From assembly GCA_024679065.1 (NCBI GenBank), contig JAGIQG010000043.1, forward strand, positions 2,480,001 to 2,544,000: DNA of 64,000 nucleotides, in the 5' to 3' direction. Shown here piece by piece: positions 35,170-45,207 of the stretch. Each line of letters begins with the position of its first letter. Position 1 is the stretch's first letter. A program made the translations under genes and the position numbers. Origin of the DNA: Sphyrna mokarran. Its lineage: Eukaryota. Under the pieces are notes generated by a model. It had not been told where the DNA came from and did not search any database. It saw only the letters and a list, made by a program, of their open reading frames with translations.

Positions 35170-37700
35170 AGCGCGCAAAATAGTTCTAGAGAGGTTGAGG
35201 AAAGGATTGCAAAGTCAATTCTGATTAGGAGTGAAAGTAGTAGGGTAATTGTGATGGGGGACTTTAACTTTGCTAATATTGATTGGAATAGCTATAGCTC
35301 TAGCTCGTTAGAGGGGTCAGTTTTCGTACAGAGTGTGCAGGAAGGTTTTTTGACTCAGTATGTAGATAGGCCAACTAGAGGTGAGGCTACATTGGATTTG
35401 GTGCTGTGCAATGAGCCAGACCAGGTGTTAGGCTTGGAAGTTAGTGAACATTTTGGTGATAGTGACCACAATTCGGTTACGTTCACCTTAGTGATGGACA
35501 GGGATAGGCATGAAGCTGGGGGCAGTAGTTATAGCTGGGGGAAGGGTAATTATGAGGCCATCAGGAGAGAATTAGGGTGCATAGATTGGACTAGGAAACT
35601 ACAGGGACTGGGAACATCTGGAATGTGGTGCTTATTCAAGGAGCAGCTGCTGCGAGTCCTTGATAAGTATGTCCCTGTCAGGCAGGGAGGAAATGGTCGA
35701 GTAAGAGAGCCTTGGTGTACGAAAAAAGTTGATTTGCTGGTTAAGAAGAAAAAGGAGGCTTATGTCAGGATGAGGCTTGAAGGCTCAGTTAGTGCAATGG
35801 ATAGCTATAGATTAGCCAGGAAGGAGGTAAAAAGTGAATTGAGGAGAGCTAAGAGGGGACACGAGAAGATGTTGGCTGATAGGATTAAGGAGAATCCTAA
35901 AGCTTTCTTTCGATATGTTAAGAATAGAAGATTGGTTAGGGCAAGATTAGGGCCAGTCATAGACAGCAGTGGGAAGTTGTGCGTGGAGCCTGAAGAGATT
36001 GGTGAGGCACTGAATAAATATTTCTCTTCGGTATTCACGCAGAGTGCTGGAAATGTAGCTATGGAGAGCACTGAGGTACAGGGTTGCAAATTGGGAAGTA
36101 TTGTAGTAGATAGGGAGGATGTGTTAGAAATTCTCGAGGGTTTGAAGTTGGATAAGTCCCCTGGGCCGGACGGGATTTACCCTAGGATTCTCTGGGAGGC
36201 AAGAGAGGAGATTGCAGAGCCTCTGGCTCTGATCTTCAGGTCCTCGTTGGTTACGGGTGTGGTTCCGGAGGACTGGAGGATAGCGAATGTGGTCCCATTG
36301 TTTAAGAAGGGGAAGAGAGACCTTCCAGGGAATTATAGGCCAGTGAGTCTTACTTCTGTTGTGGGCAAGGTATTGGAGAGAATTATTAGGGATAGGATTT
36401 ATAGTTATTTAGAGAGAAATGAATTGATTGGGGATAGTCAGCATGGTTTCGTGAAGGGTAGGTCATGCCTTACTAACCTCATTGAGTTTTTTGAGAAAGT
36501 GACCAGAGAGGTGGATGGGGGTAAGGCGGTTGATGTAGTATATATGGACTTTAGTAAGGCGTTTGATAAGGTGGCCCATGGAAGACTTCTACAGAAAATG
36601 CAGATGTGTGGAATAGAGGGTGATTTAGCTAATTGGATTAGGAATTGGCTGGCAGATAGAAGACAGAGGGTGGTGGTTGATGGGAGATATTCATCGTGGA
36701 GTTCGGTGACGAGTGGTGTGCCTCAGGGGTCTGTTTTGGGGCCCCTGCTGTTTGTAATTTTTATAAATGATCTGGATGAGGGTATTGAGGGATGGATCAG
36801 TAAATTTGCAGATGACACTAAAGTTGGTGGAGTGGTAGATAGTGAAGAGGGGTGTTATAGTTTACAGAGTGACTTGGACAAGTTGCAGAGCTGGGCCGAG
36901 AGGTGGCAAATGGAGTTTAATGTGGAAAAGTGTGAGGTAATGCACTTTGGCAGGAACAATAAATGTGTAGAGTATAGGGCTAATGGTAGGGCTCTTAATA
37001 GTGTTGAGGAACAGAAGGATCTTGGTGTATGTGTCAATAGATCCCTGAAAGTAGGCAGTCAAGTGGATAAAGTTGTTAAGAAGGCATATGGAGTCTTAGC
37101 TTTTATTGGCAGGGGGATTGAATTTAGGAGCCGCAGCATCATGTTGCAACTGTACAAAACTCTAGTGCGGCCGCACTTGGAGTATTGTGTGCAGTTCTGG
37201 TCCCCACATTATAAGAAAGATGTGGAGGCATTGGAGAGGGTACAGAGGAGGTTTACCAGGATGTTGCCTGGTATGGAGGGCAGGTCCTATGAAGAGAGGT
37301 TGAAGGATTTGAGGTTGTTTTCGTTAGAAAGGGGCGGCTAAGAGGGGATCTTATTGAAGCATATAAGATATAGAGGTTAGATAGGTGGACAGTGATAGCC
37401 TTTTTCCTAGGATGGAGAAAGCTAGCACGAGGGGACACAGCTTTAAATTAAGGGGTATGAGTTATAGGACGGATATCAGAGGTAGGTTCTTTACTCAAAG
37501 AGTGATTAGGGAGTGGAATGCCCTGCCTGCAGCTGTTGTAGATGCGCCAAGTTTGGTGGCGTTTAAGAGGTTAATTGATGTATATGGAAGAGAAGGGAAT
37601 GGTTTAGTTTGGAGGGGCATTGCTTTTTATTTTGGTCGGCACAACATCGAAGGCCGAAGGGCCTGTTCTGTGCTGTAATGTTCTATGTTCTATGTTCTAT
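35170..37700 (+). mobile_element. 5'-truncated CR1 (HER1-like) LINE, long ORF2 remnant
   Basis: 734-aa ORF with GDFN/SDH and RT motifs, a frameshift near 37335, and a (TTCTATG)n tail. Confidence 0.95.
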
Positions 37701-38272
37701 AAAACATAGAACAATACAGCACAAACAGGCCCTTCAGTCCACGAGTTGCGCCGATCACATCTACCAATCCACAGACCTATCTATAACCCCCTATCCTATT
37801 CTTTTCCATATACTCATCCAGAAGTCTCTTAAAAGACCCCAGTGAGTTTGCCTCAACAACCTCCGACGGCAGTCGGTTCCATTCACTCACCACCCTCTGA
37901 GTGAAAAACCTACCCCTGACATCTCCGTTGTATTTGCTTCCCTGCACCTTAAATCTGTGTCCTCTCGTAGTAACCATTTCAGCTTGGGGAAATAGTCTCT
38001 GAGAGTCCACCCTATCTATTCCTCTCAACATTTTATAAACTCTATCAGGTCGCCTCTCAACCTACGTCTCTCCAGTGAGAAGAGTCCCAGCTCCCTCAAC
38101 TTATCTTCATAAGGCCTGTCTCCCAAACCAGGCAGCATCCTTGTACATCTCCTCTGAACCCCCTCAATAGCCTCTACATCCTTCCTATAATGGGGTGACC
38201 AGAACTGCGCACAATACTCCAACTGGGGTCTGACAAGAGTCTTATAGAGCTGCATCATTACCTCCTGACTCC
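37701..38272 (-). mobile_element. CR1 3' fragment, tail-to-tail with the 35170 copy
   Basis: ORFs ...[13 protein letters not shown]...EKNRIGGYR; near-identical to 62156..62730. Confidence 0.92.
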
Positions 38273-39120
38273 AATACTTTTCACTGTATCGTAATACATG
38301 TGACAACAATAAATCAAATCTATGTACTCTGTGAACGGTATGCTTTGTCTGTGTAGCATGCAAGAAAGAATACTTTTCACAGTGTCTCAATACATGTGAC
38401 AATAATAAATCAAATCTATGCACTCTATGAATGGTATGCTTTGCCAGTGTAGCGCAACAAGAAACAATGTTTTTCACTGTATCCCAATACATGTGACAAT
38501 AATAAATCAAATCAAATCAAATCAAATCAAAAGCATTCCCTATGCAATCGAGTTCTATATTCCCCCCATTCTTCCAACTTACATTTTAGTCCTGAATTCC
38601 TGCTTAGCGACAAACTCATCCTGCAATATTTTGGAATTCTACTTCTGCCTTGTTGAACCATTTCATAATTGTAAATATTTCAGTAGATTAGCCCTCGATT
38701 TTCAGTTTTTTCTTTCAGAGGTAAAGTGCTCCAACATCTTCAAGACTCACTAACAGTTGCACGCTCTCATTTCTGGTATCATTCGTTATGAAATGTTAAC
38801 TGAACCTTTTCCACTACCTGGGAATCCTTACCAGATCAGGAAGAACGGTGCTCTGCACTCCATTTCTGGTGTAGCTGATGTGAGTGAGATATTTGAGGCA
38901 TTTTGAAGAACATGCCGAATGCTCGCCAGCACTGACCTGTAGTAAACAGGAAAACCGCAGAGAGCTCTCTACCTCGGTTCTATTTTCAAACCCCTGTCGT
39001 GTTTTCATTCATGTGCACAGCGCGTGCATTTCACTCCTCCTCCACACAGAGAGAACAAGAGCGAGTTCTCAGTGAAATTTGGATTGGGGGCTCAGAGTCT
39101 CACGGTCTCGCTGAAGGACA

Positions 39121-39163
39121 ATGGGTTTCCTCGGTATCTGTGCATTGCTCCATCTCTTCCAGG
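39121..39163 (+). CDS. Gene B exon 1, signal peptide MGFLGICALLHLFQ
   Basis: Strong Kozak context ACAATGG, hydrophobic core, phase-1 donor G|GTGAGG. Confidence 0.8.
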
Positions 39164-40846
39164 GTGAGGTATCCTCATTATATTCAGACAGAATGGAGAG
39201 GGTTATGGAAAGAGCGAAGAAGCAGAAACTGATTCCATGGGCAGGAGTTTCCGGAACCAAGGGAATATGAATTTGGTAAAAGTAGAGAGGGAGATGAGGG
39301 GATTTTTTTAACCCCCCATCTGAGCTGTTGTGATCTGGAAGGTTTTGCCTCAAGAGATGGAGGAATCAGATCCAACAGGAACTTTCAAACGGGGTAAATG
39401 GAGCTTTCAAAATGGGTGAACTGGATACAAATTTAAAGGGGCGAAATTCAATAATATTAGTGAAATATTTTACAGATTCAACTCAAATTGGAAGAGCCGA
39501 ACGTTTCCCCTACTCTCTCCGTCTTCCGAAGTGCTATAAGTTGTGATTTAGCGTGCAATTTTAACTTAACATTGAATCAGATGTTGCTGTGAAAATGTAA
39601 CTTAGATTCATAACAATGATTTAAATGGAATTAATCTGATTTGCCATTTCTCCTGAGGTATGCAGTGTGAATTGGATCCCTTGACAATACTGGCCACATG
39701 GAGGGAGAAAGCTTTTCAAATTACACTTCAGAGTCAGTTATAAATTCTTCAACAGGCTTTAGCGCCCATAATCAACGGAGGAGAAGAAACGAGGCAAAAA
39801 TATAAAGTGCCGGAACATCTCAACGGCGCAGTGGATTAACTTTGTCATACCACAGCGCCAGGCTTGGATTCCCGGCTTGGGTCACTGCCTGCAGAGTTTG
39901 CACGTTCTCCCTGTGTCTGCGTGGGTTTCCGCTGGGTGCTCCTCTTTCCTCCCAAAATCCAAAAATGCTCGTGTAAGTTTGAATGGCCATGCTAGATTGC
40001 CCCTTTGTAACAGCGGATTAGCAGTGTAAATATGTGGGTTGGCGGGAATAGGGAAGACTCGATGGGCTGAACGGCCTCTCTCTGCACTGTAGGATTCTAT
40101 AATTCTCGGATTCTGAGAGCATCGGCGGAGAGGCAATGGAGCTCTGGCCGAAGGTCATCCAGACTCGAAGTATCGGGTCTATTCTCTCTCCACTGACGCT
40201 CTCAGAACGAGAATCATAGAGTCAGTTTGTTCAGTGCTCAAGGAGGCTACTTGGCCCATCGAGTCGGCACTGATCACAATTCCCTTAAACTCACTGAGAT
40301 TTTCCAGCATGCTCTGTCTTTTGATCAGTTTCAGGCATGCACAGTCATTTGCTTTAGTATAAGGAGAGATACGGGATGGAAACAATAGTTGAAAAATGTA
40401 ATTTTACTGAAGGTCTCTGTGTGATTAACATCACCCAGTTCCCATGTGCCCCCTCACCACTTTTTAAACCAGATTGGCTGGTGAATGAACTGGTATTACA
40501 CCTTTCGAAATGGAGGAAGAAATGGGACAACTAACACCATAATCAGAGCGATTTTTTTTTCCTGAATCAGACACTTCTGTGATTTCGTTTGATTTGATTT
40601 ATTATTGTCACCTGTATTGCTATAGAATGAAATGTTTGTTGCGCACTATACAGACAAAGCATACCGTAGATAGAGAAGGAAAGGAGAGAGTTATCGTCAT
40701 AATTGGAGAAATTTCAACTTTTGTGTGACATAGGTCTATTCAAAAGTCGGACAGCAGCAGGGAAGAAGCTGTTCTTGTGTTGGTTGGTTCGTGACCTCAA
40801 ACGTTGGTATCTTTTTCTCAACCGAAGTTGGAAGAGAGAATGTCCG

Positions 40847-40883
<37 letters not shown>

Positions 40884-43800
40884 ATGGGGGTGGGGCGTTC
40901 ATTATGCTGGCTGCTTTTCCCAGATTTAGCGGGAAGTGTCATTGGCTGGAAGGCTGGTTTGCGATTGACTCCCAATTGTCGACTGTCTTCAGGGAATGGT
41001 CCATAACCTGAGGTGACTGTTGTTCTCTCTCTTTCTGTTTCCCAGTTACAATGTCTCAGGTCACCGTGTCCCAGTCTCCGCCGGTTCAGACACTCCCTGC
41101 GGGGAGTCCTGTTAATCTCAGCTGCCACGTCCAGGGTCAAGCTGCTGGTACTGTCTTCTGGTACAGACAGAGAGGAAGAAACGGCATGGATTTGGTTTAC
41201 ACAGCGTACTTGAACAGCCGACCTAAGGAGAGATTTTCCAGCGAGATTTCTGAAAATGGGCGTTTTTGTTTCCTAAGCATTGCGGATTCCCGAATAAATG
41301 ATTCTGGGGTGTATTTCTGTGCAACGCCCCACTACCAGAACATGGTCCAAATATTCGGAAATGGCTCCAAATTCGTGATTACAGGTAAATCCCAGTATTA
41401 TTCTATAGCAGTGGATACCTCAAAGCAATTAGAGTGTTCTGTTCCACCAATTAATGAGTGTTCTGTTTCATTTACTGGATTTTTTTAGCGGGTTCTCCCA
41501 CCATATTCCTCCTCACCCCGCCGCTGGATGAGATTCACGACATGGAAAGTGTCCCATTGCTGTGTTTGGTCAGAGGCGTGTCTCCCGATTCCTTTCCCGT
41601 CCGCTGGAATGTTTTGGGGCGGGATACCGAGGGACTGACCGATTCGGGGACACTGGAGCCGGACGGGACCTACACCGTCAGGAGTTACATCAGTCTTCTG
41701 GCGGAAACTTGGAGAAGCGGTGCTCGCTGTACTTGCACCGTTCGGGTCAACTCCAGTGAAAGTATTCTCAGTGACAGTTTCTCGTCTCAGAAAGGTAGCT
41801 ATTCACAACGACTATTTTTCAATCCATTTAATGATAACAGGATACTTTACTAAAAGCAGTCTAACTTTGTAAATTACAAATGTCTCTGCGGGCATCCATG
41901 AATATCGAAATCAGCAAAGCCCTATCTTAGTCCTCCCAGTTTCATTTTCTGATATTTTGCCTCTTCTTCGTTACCGTTATGAACCGTGGATGTTCAATCA
42001 CTGAAACACATTTGTGAGAGCGGATAGATTAATGAGTAAGAGAAAGAGCGGAGAAGTGAAGTTTGTAAACATGGTGAGGGATGGTGATGTTGGATGGCAG
42101 AATAGACGAGATAGGCCGAATGGCCTCTTCTCCTCTTCCCCTTCTTATCTCTGGCTAAGACAATATGACGCATCAGAAAGTCAGGGACCAATCTGTCAGT
42201 GTGTAAAATTGAAATGTGCGATTATATCCCCAGTATTGCACTCTGTCTCAGCACAGCAGTGAACGGTTTGTTCATCCCTTCGCCTCCGTGTACTTCAATC
42301 CCATTCAATTACATTGGCCTTTCCGCGGGTGGTCCTGTTTTCCCACAAATTCCAAAGATGTGTAGGTTAGGTGGATGGGCCATGCTAAATTGCCCCTTCG
42401 TGTTCAAAGATGTGCGGTTTAAGTGGATTGGCCATGCTAAATTGCCCCTTTGTGTCCATGATGTTCGGGTTGGGTGGATTGGCCATGCTATATTGTCCCT
42501 TAGTGCCCAAAGATGTGTAGGTTAGGGTGAATTGGCCATGCTAAATTGCCCCTTAGAGTTCAAAGATGTGTAGGTTAGGGTGGATTGGCCATGCTAAATT
42601 GCTCCTTAGAGTCAACGGGTGTGTAGGTTAAGTGGACCAGCCATTGTAAATTGTTCCTTCGTGTCAAAGAATGTGAAGGCTAGGTGGATTAATCATGGTA
42701 AATTGCCCTTAATGTCAAAGGATGTGTACGTTAGGTGGATAAGCCATGGTAAATTGCTCCTTAGTAACGAAGATATGTAGGTTAGTTAGATTAGCTGTGA
42801 CAAATTGCCTTTTAGTGTCCAAAGATACGCGGGTTAAGTGGATTGGCCATGCTGAATTGCCCCTTAGTGTCCAAAATGTGCGGGTTAGGTGTATTGGCCA
42901 TGCTAAATTGAGCTGAGAGTCAGGAGGATTAGCAGAGTAAATACGCGATGTGACGGGGATAGGGTGGTGCAGACTCGATGGTCCGAATTGTCTTCTTCTG
43001 CATTATGGGATTATATGATTATTCTCTGCCTGAATCTCCCACTTTCTCCCTCCATCTCCCTGTGTGCCCTGTTCAAAAAGTTTTCAGTCTCTGTCACAAT
43101 TTCTTTCTGCCGCGCCTAGTGTTGTATTGTAAAAGTGCGACTCTATTACATGAAGGGAAAGTGTGCAAAATTTTTCTTCTTTTTCGGTCAAATTGGACAG
43201 CTAAATTGAACAATATCCTTGCTTGTTTAATTATTTCCACACTTGATTTCTGTTGACGGGAAGTTTAATGCTTTTTTGCAGATTCTCCGTTCTCGCGCAC
43301 CTGTGATTTAGTGTTTTATGGGGGTTTATCGGCCGCGGCACTTCTCCTTCTGGGATTGGTCGTTGTGGCCGGAAGAAGAATCTGCAGGAACCGGCAGAGA
43401 GGTAACGATTGTTGGGGGAATCTGTTACTCCACGGCGCTCTCAATCCACACATCTATCACCGAGTTATTGATAATTCTGAGCGGGTTCGGTGTGAAATTA
43501 ATTCATGTTAAATTTCAGTTTAAATCCCTCTTTCTAACAGGAACCGCGAACAGTGATGAGGAACTGAGAGAATCCAGAGAACACAAACAGAATAAAGAGG
43601 TGAATGAATGTTTTTTTTTTGACATACCGCGTGGATACTTTTCATTAATTATTAATCCGCGGTTTAGAATTGACAATGAACACAGAAAATTCTAGAAAAC
43701 GTCACCAACCCTGGCGGCTACCATAGACAGAGAAAGCTTCGAGGCCGAATAACTTCTTTCAAGTTAGCTTTTTTTGTTTAATTCATTCATGGAACATTTG

Positions 43801-45207
43801 ATTTGATTTGATTTATTATTGTCACGTGTATTGGGATACAGTGAAAAGAATTGATTCTTGTCTACTATACAGACAAAGCATACCATTCATAGAGTACATA
43901 GATTTGGTTTGTTATTGTCACATGTATTGGGATACAGTGAAAAGTATTCTTTCTTACGCGCTGTAGAGACAAAGCGTTTATAGAGTACGTATATTTGATT
44001 TTTTTATTGGCACATACATTGGGAGACAGGGAAAAGTATTGTTTATTGCACTCTACACAGCCAAAGCATACTGTTCACAGAGTACATAGATTGGATTTAT
44101 TATTGGAGGTGAGGAGACATTTCTTCACTCGGTGAGCCTGTGGAATTCATTATCACAGGAAGTAGTTGATGCCAAAGCATTGAATGTATTCAACAGGCGG
44201 CTGGATACTGCACTTGGGAGCGAAGGTTATGGGGAGAAAGCAGGATTAGACGATTGGACTGGACGATCTGTCATGATCATAATGAATGCTGCAGCAGACT
44301 CGAAGGGTCAAATGACCTGTCCCTGCTGGTACTTTCCATGTTTCTATGTAAACAGACAGCATTATCAAGAACCTCACACACCCCGGATACGTTTTATTTC
44401 TTCACCTTCTTCCTTCGGGAAAAAAATATATAATTCTGAGGTCACGCAAGGATAGTTCCTTCCCTGCTACCATCAGACATTAGAATTGATCGGCTTCATA
44501 TTAAGTGGAACTTTCTCTTCAAGCCTGGCTATCACTGCAACACTATAATCTGTACCTTCTACTTTCATTCTCCATACAGGATACACTTTGTTTGTACACT
44601 GGGCAAGAATCATTCCATTCCAATGCATACTCACATATGTGACAATAATAAATCTTCACAGAACGCGGGGCGGAATTCTCGTCAATAAAAAGCTATATAG
44701 AGCATTGGGTAACTGGAACTCCAGAGATGCGACAGTTAGATTTATATTCGTGAGGGATTAATGATTATTCAATATTAGTGGGTGACTGTGAGTTGAGTTA
44801 ACTTGCAGCCATGAACCGATTCAACGGAGTGAGGTGGAGGCGGAGGATTGGGGGGACTCAGTGGTCTCACTTGTCACTATAATAATGGTGTGTATCACGC
44901 TAACAGATCACTTTTCATCCACTGACACTTTACGCTCGCTTGGCCTTTAACGAGGATCCAAAATTTTAACCGTAGAGAAAAGAAAGGGACAGAGAGAACT
45001 CACCGTGTGTTTCCGGGATTTATAGTGTTGTGGAAACATTCTTATTTTTCCAAGGAGAATTCCGGAAGTGCGGTCGGTGCGAATTCAGGCGGATTGGGGG
45101 CTCAATATTATGATGGCGACCAAAGCGGAAATGAACTTTCTCTTAATGTCCACCATTCTAAGATGGAATATCGCCTGCAGTGCAATAGCACCTCCCAATG
45201 CTTCTAA
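39121..45207 (+). CDS. Gene B: paralogous non-rearranging antigen-receptor-like IgSF membrane protein (L-VJ-C1-TM-Cyt), join(39121..39163,41046..41384,41489..41794,43282..43401,43541..43599,45055..45207), 339 aa
   Basis: GT..AG introns with phases 1,1,1,1,0 give a 1020-nt open frame. The C1 domain aligns clearly with gene A. AATAAA at 45365. The last exon choice is less certain than the extracellular exons. Confidence 0.8.
41046..41384 (+). CDS. Gene B exon 2, V-set domain with joined J motif
   Basis: Long polypyrimidine acceptor ...gtttcccag|. Motifs: VSQSP, VNLSC, WYRQ, RFS, DSGVYFC, FGNGSKFVIT. Donor G|GTAAAT. Confidence 0.95.
41489..41794 (+). CDS. Gene B exon 3, C1-set domain
   Basis: Acceptor ttttttag|. 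Motifs: PTIFLLTPP, LLCLVRG, VRWN, DGTYTVRS, TWRSGARCTC. Donor AAAG|GTAGCT. Confidence 0.93.
42350..42910 (+). repeat. SINE-derived tandem array of a 52-bp unit (about 11 copies) in gene B intron 3
   Basis: Unit CCAAAGATGTGCAGGTTAGGTGGATTGGCCATGCTAAATTGCCCCTTAGTGT with divergence, followed by a SINE 3' tail to about 43020. Confidence 0.9.
43282..43401 (+). CDS. Gene B exon 4, Cys stalk plus TM (DSPFSRTCDLVFYGGLSAAALLLLGLVVVAGRRICRNRQR)
   Basis: Acceptor cttttttgcag|, hydrophobic helix followed by an Arg-rich stop-transfer, donor G|GTAACG. Confidence 0.88.
43541..43599 (+). CDS. Gene B cytoplasmic exon 5 (GTANSDEELRESREHKQNKE)
   Basis: Acceptor ccctctttctaacag|, donor GAG|GTGAAT, phase 1-0. 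Confidence 0.78.
45055..45207 (+). CDS. Gene B probable last coding exon (ENSGSAVG...QYYDG...EYRLQCNSTSQCF*)
   Basis: Acceptor cttatttttccaag|, phase 0, open to TAA at 45205-45207. AATAAA follows at 45365-45370. Confidence 0.62.
   Translation, partial: ENSGSAVGANSGGLGAQYYDGDQSGNELSLNVHHSKMEYRLQCNSTSQCF

Noticed and set aside
42350-42910. CRISPR-like regular repeat array
   Set aside because: The units are contiguous with no unique spacers, derive from a SINE, and sit in eukaryotic DNA.
44955-45004. 50-nt phase 1-0 exon candidate (GSKILTVEKRKGQRELT), the same size as gene A exon 7
   Set aside because: It would need a 50-nt intron and an unidentified phase 0-1 exon upstream, and its acceptor is weak. 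It needs cDNA evidence.
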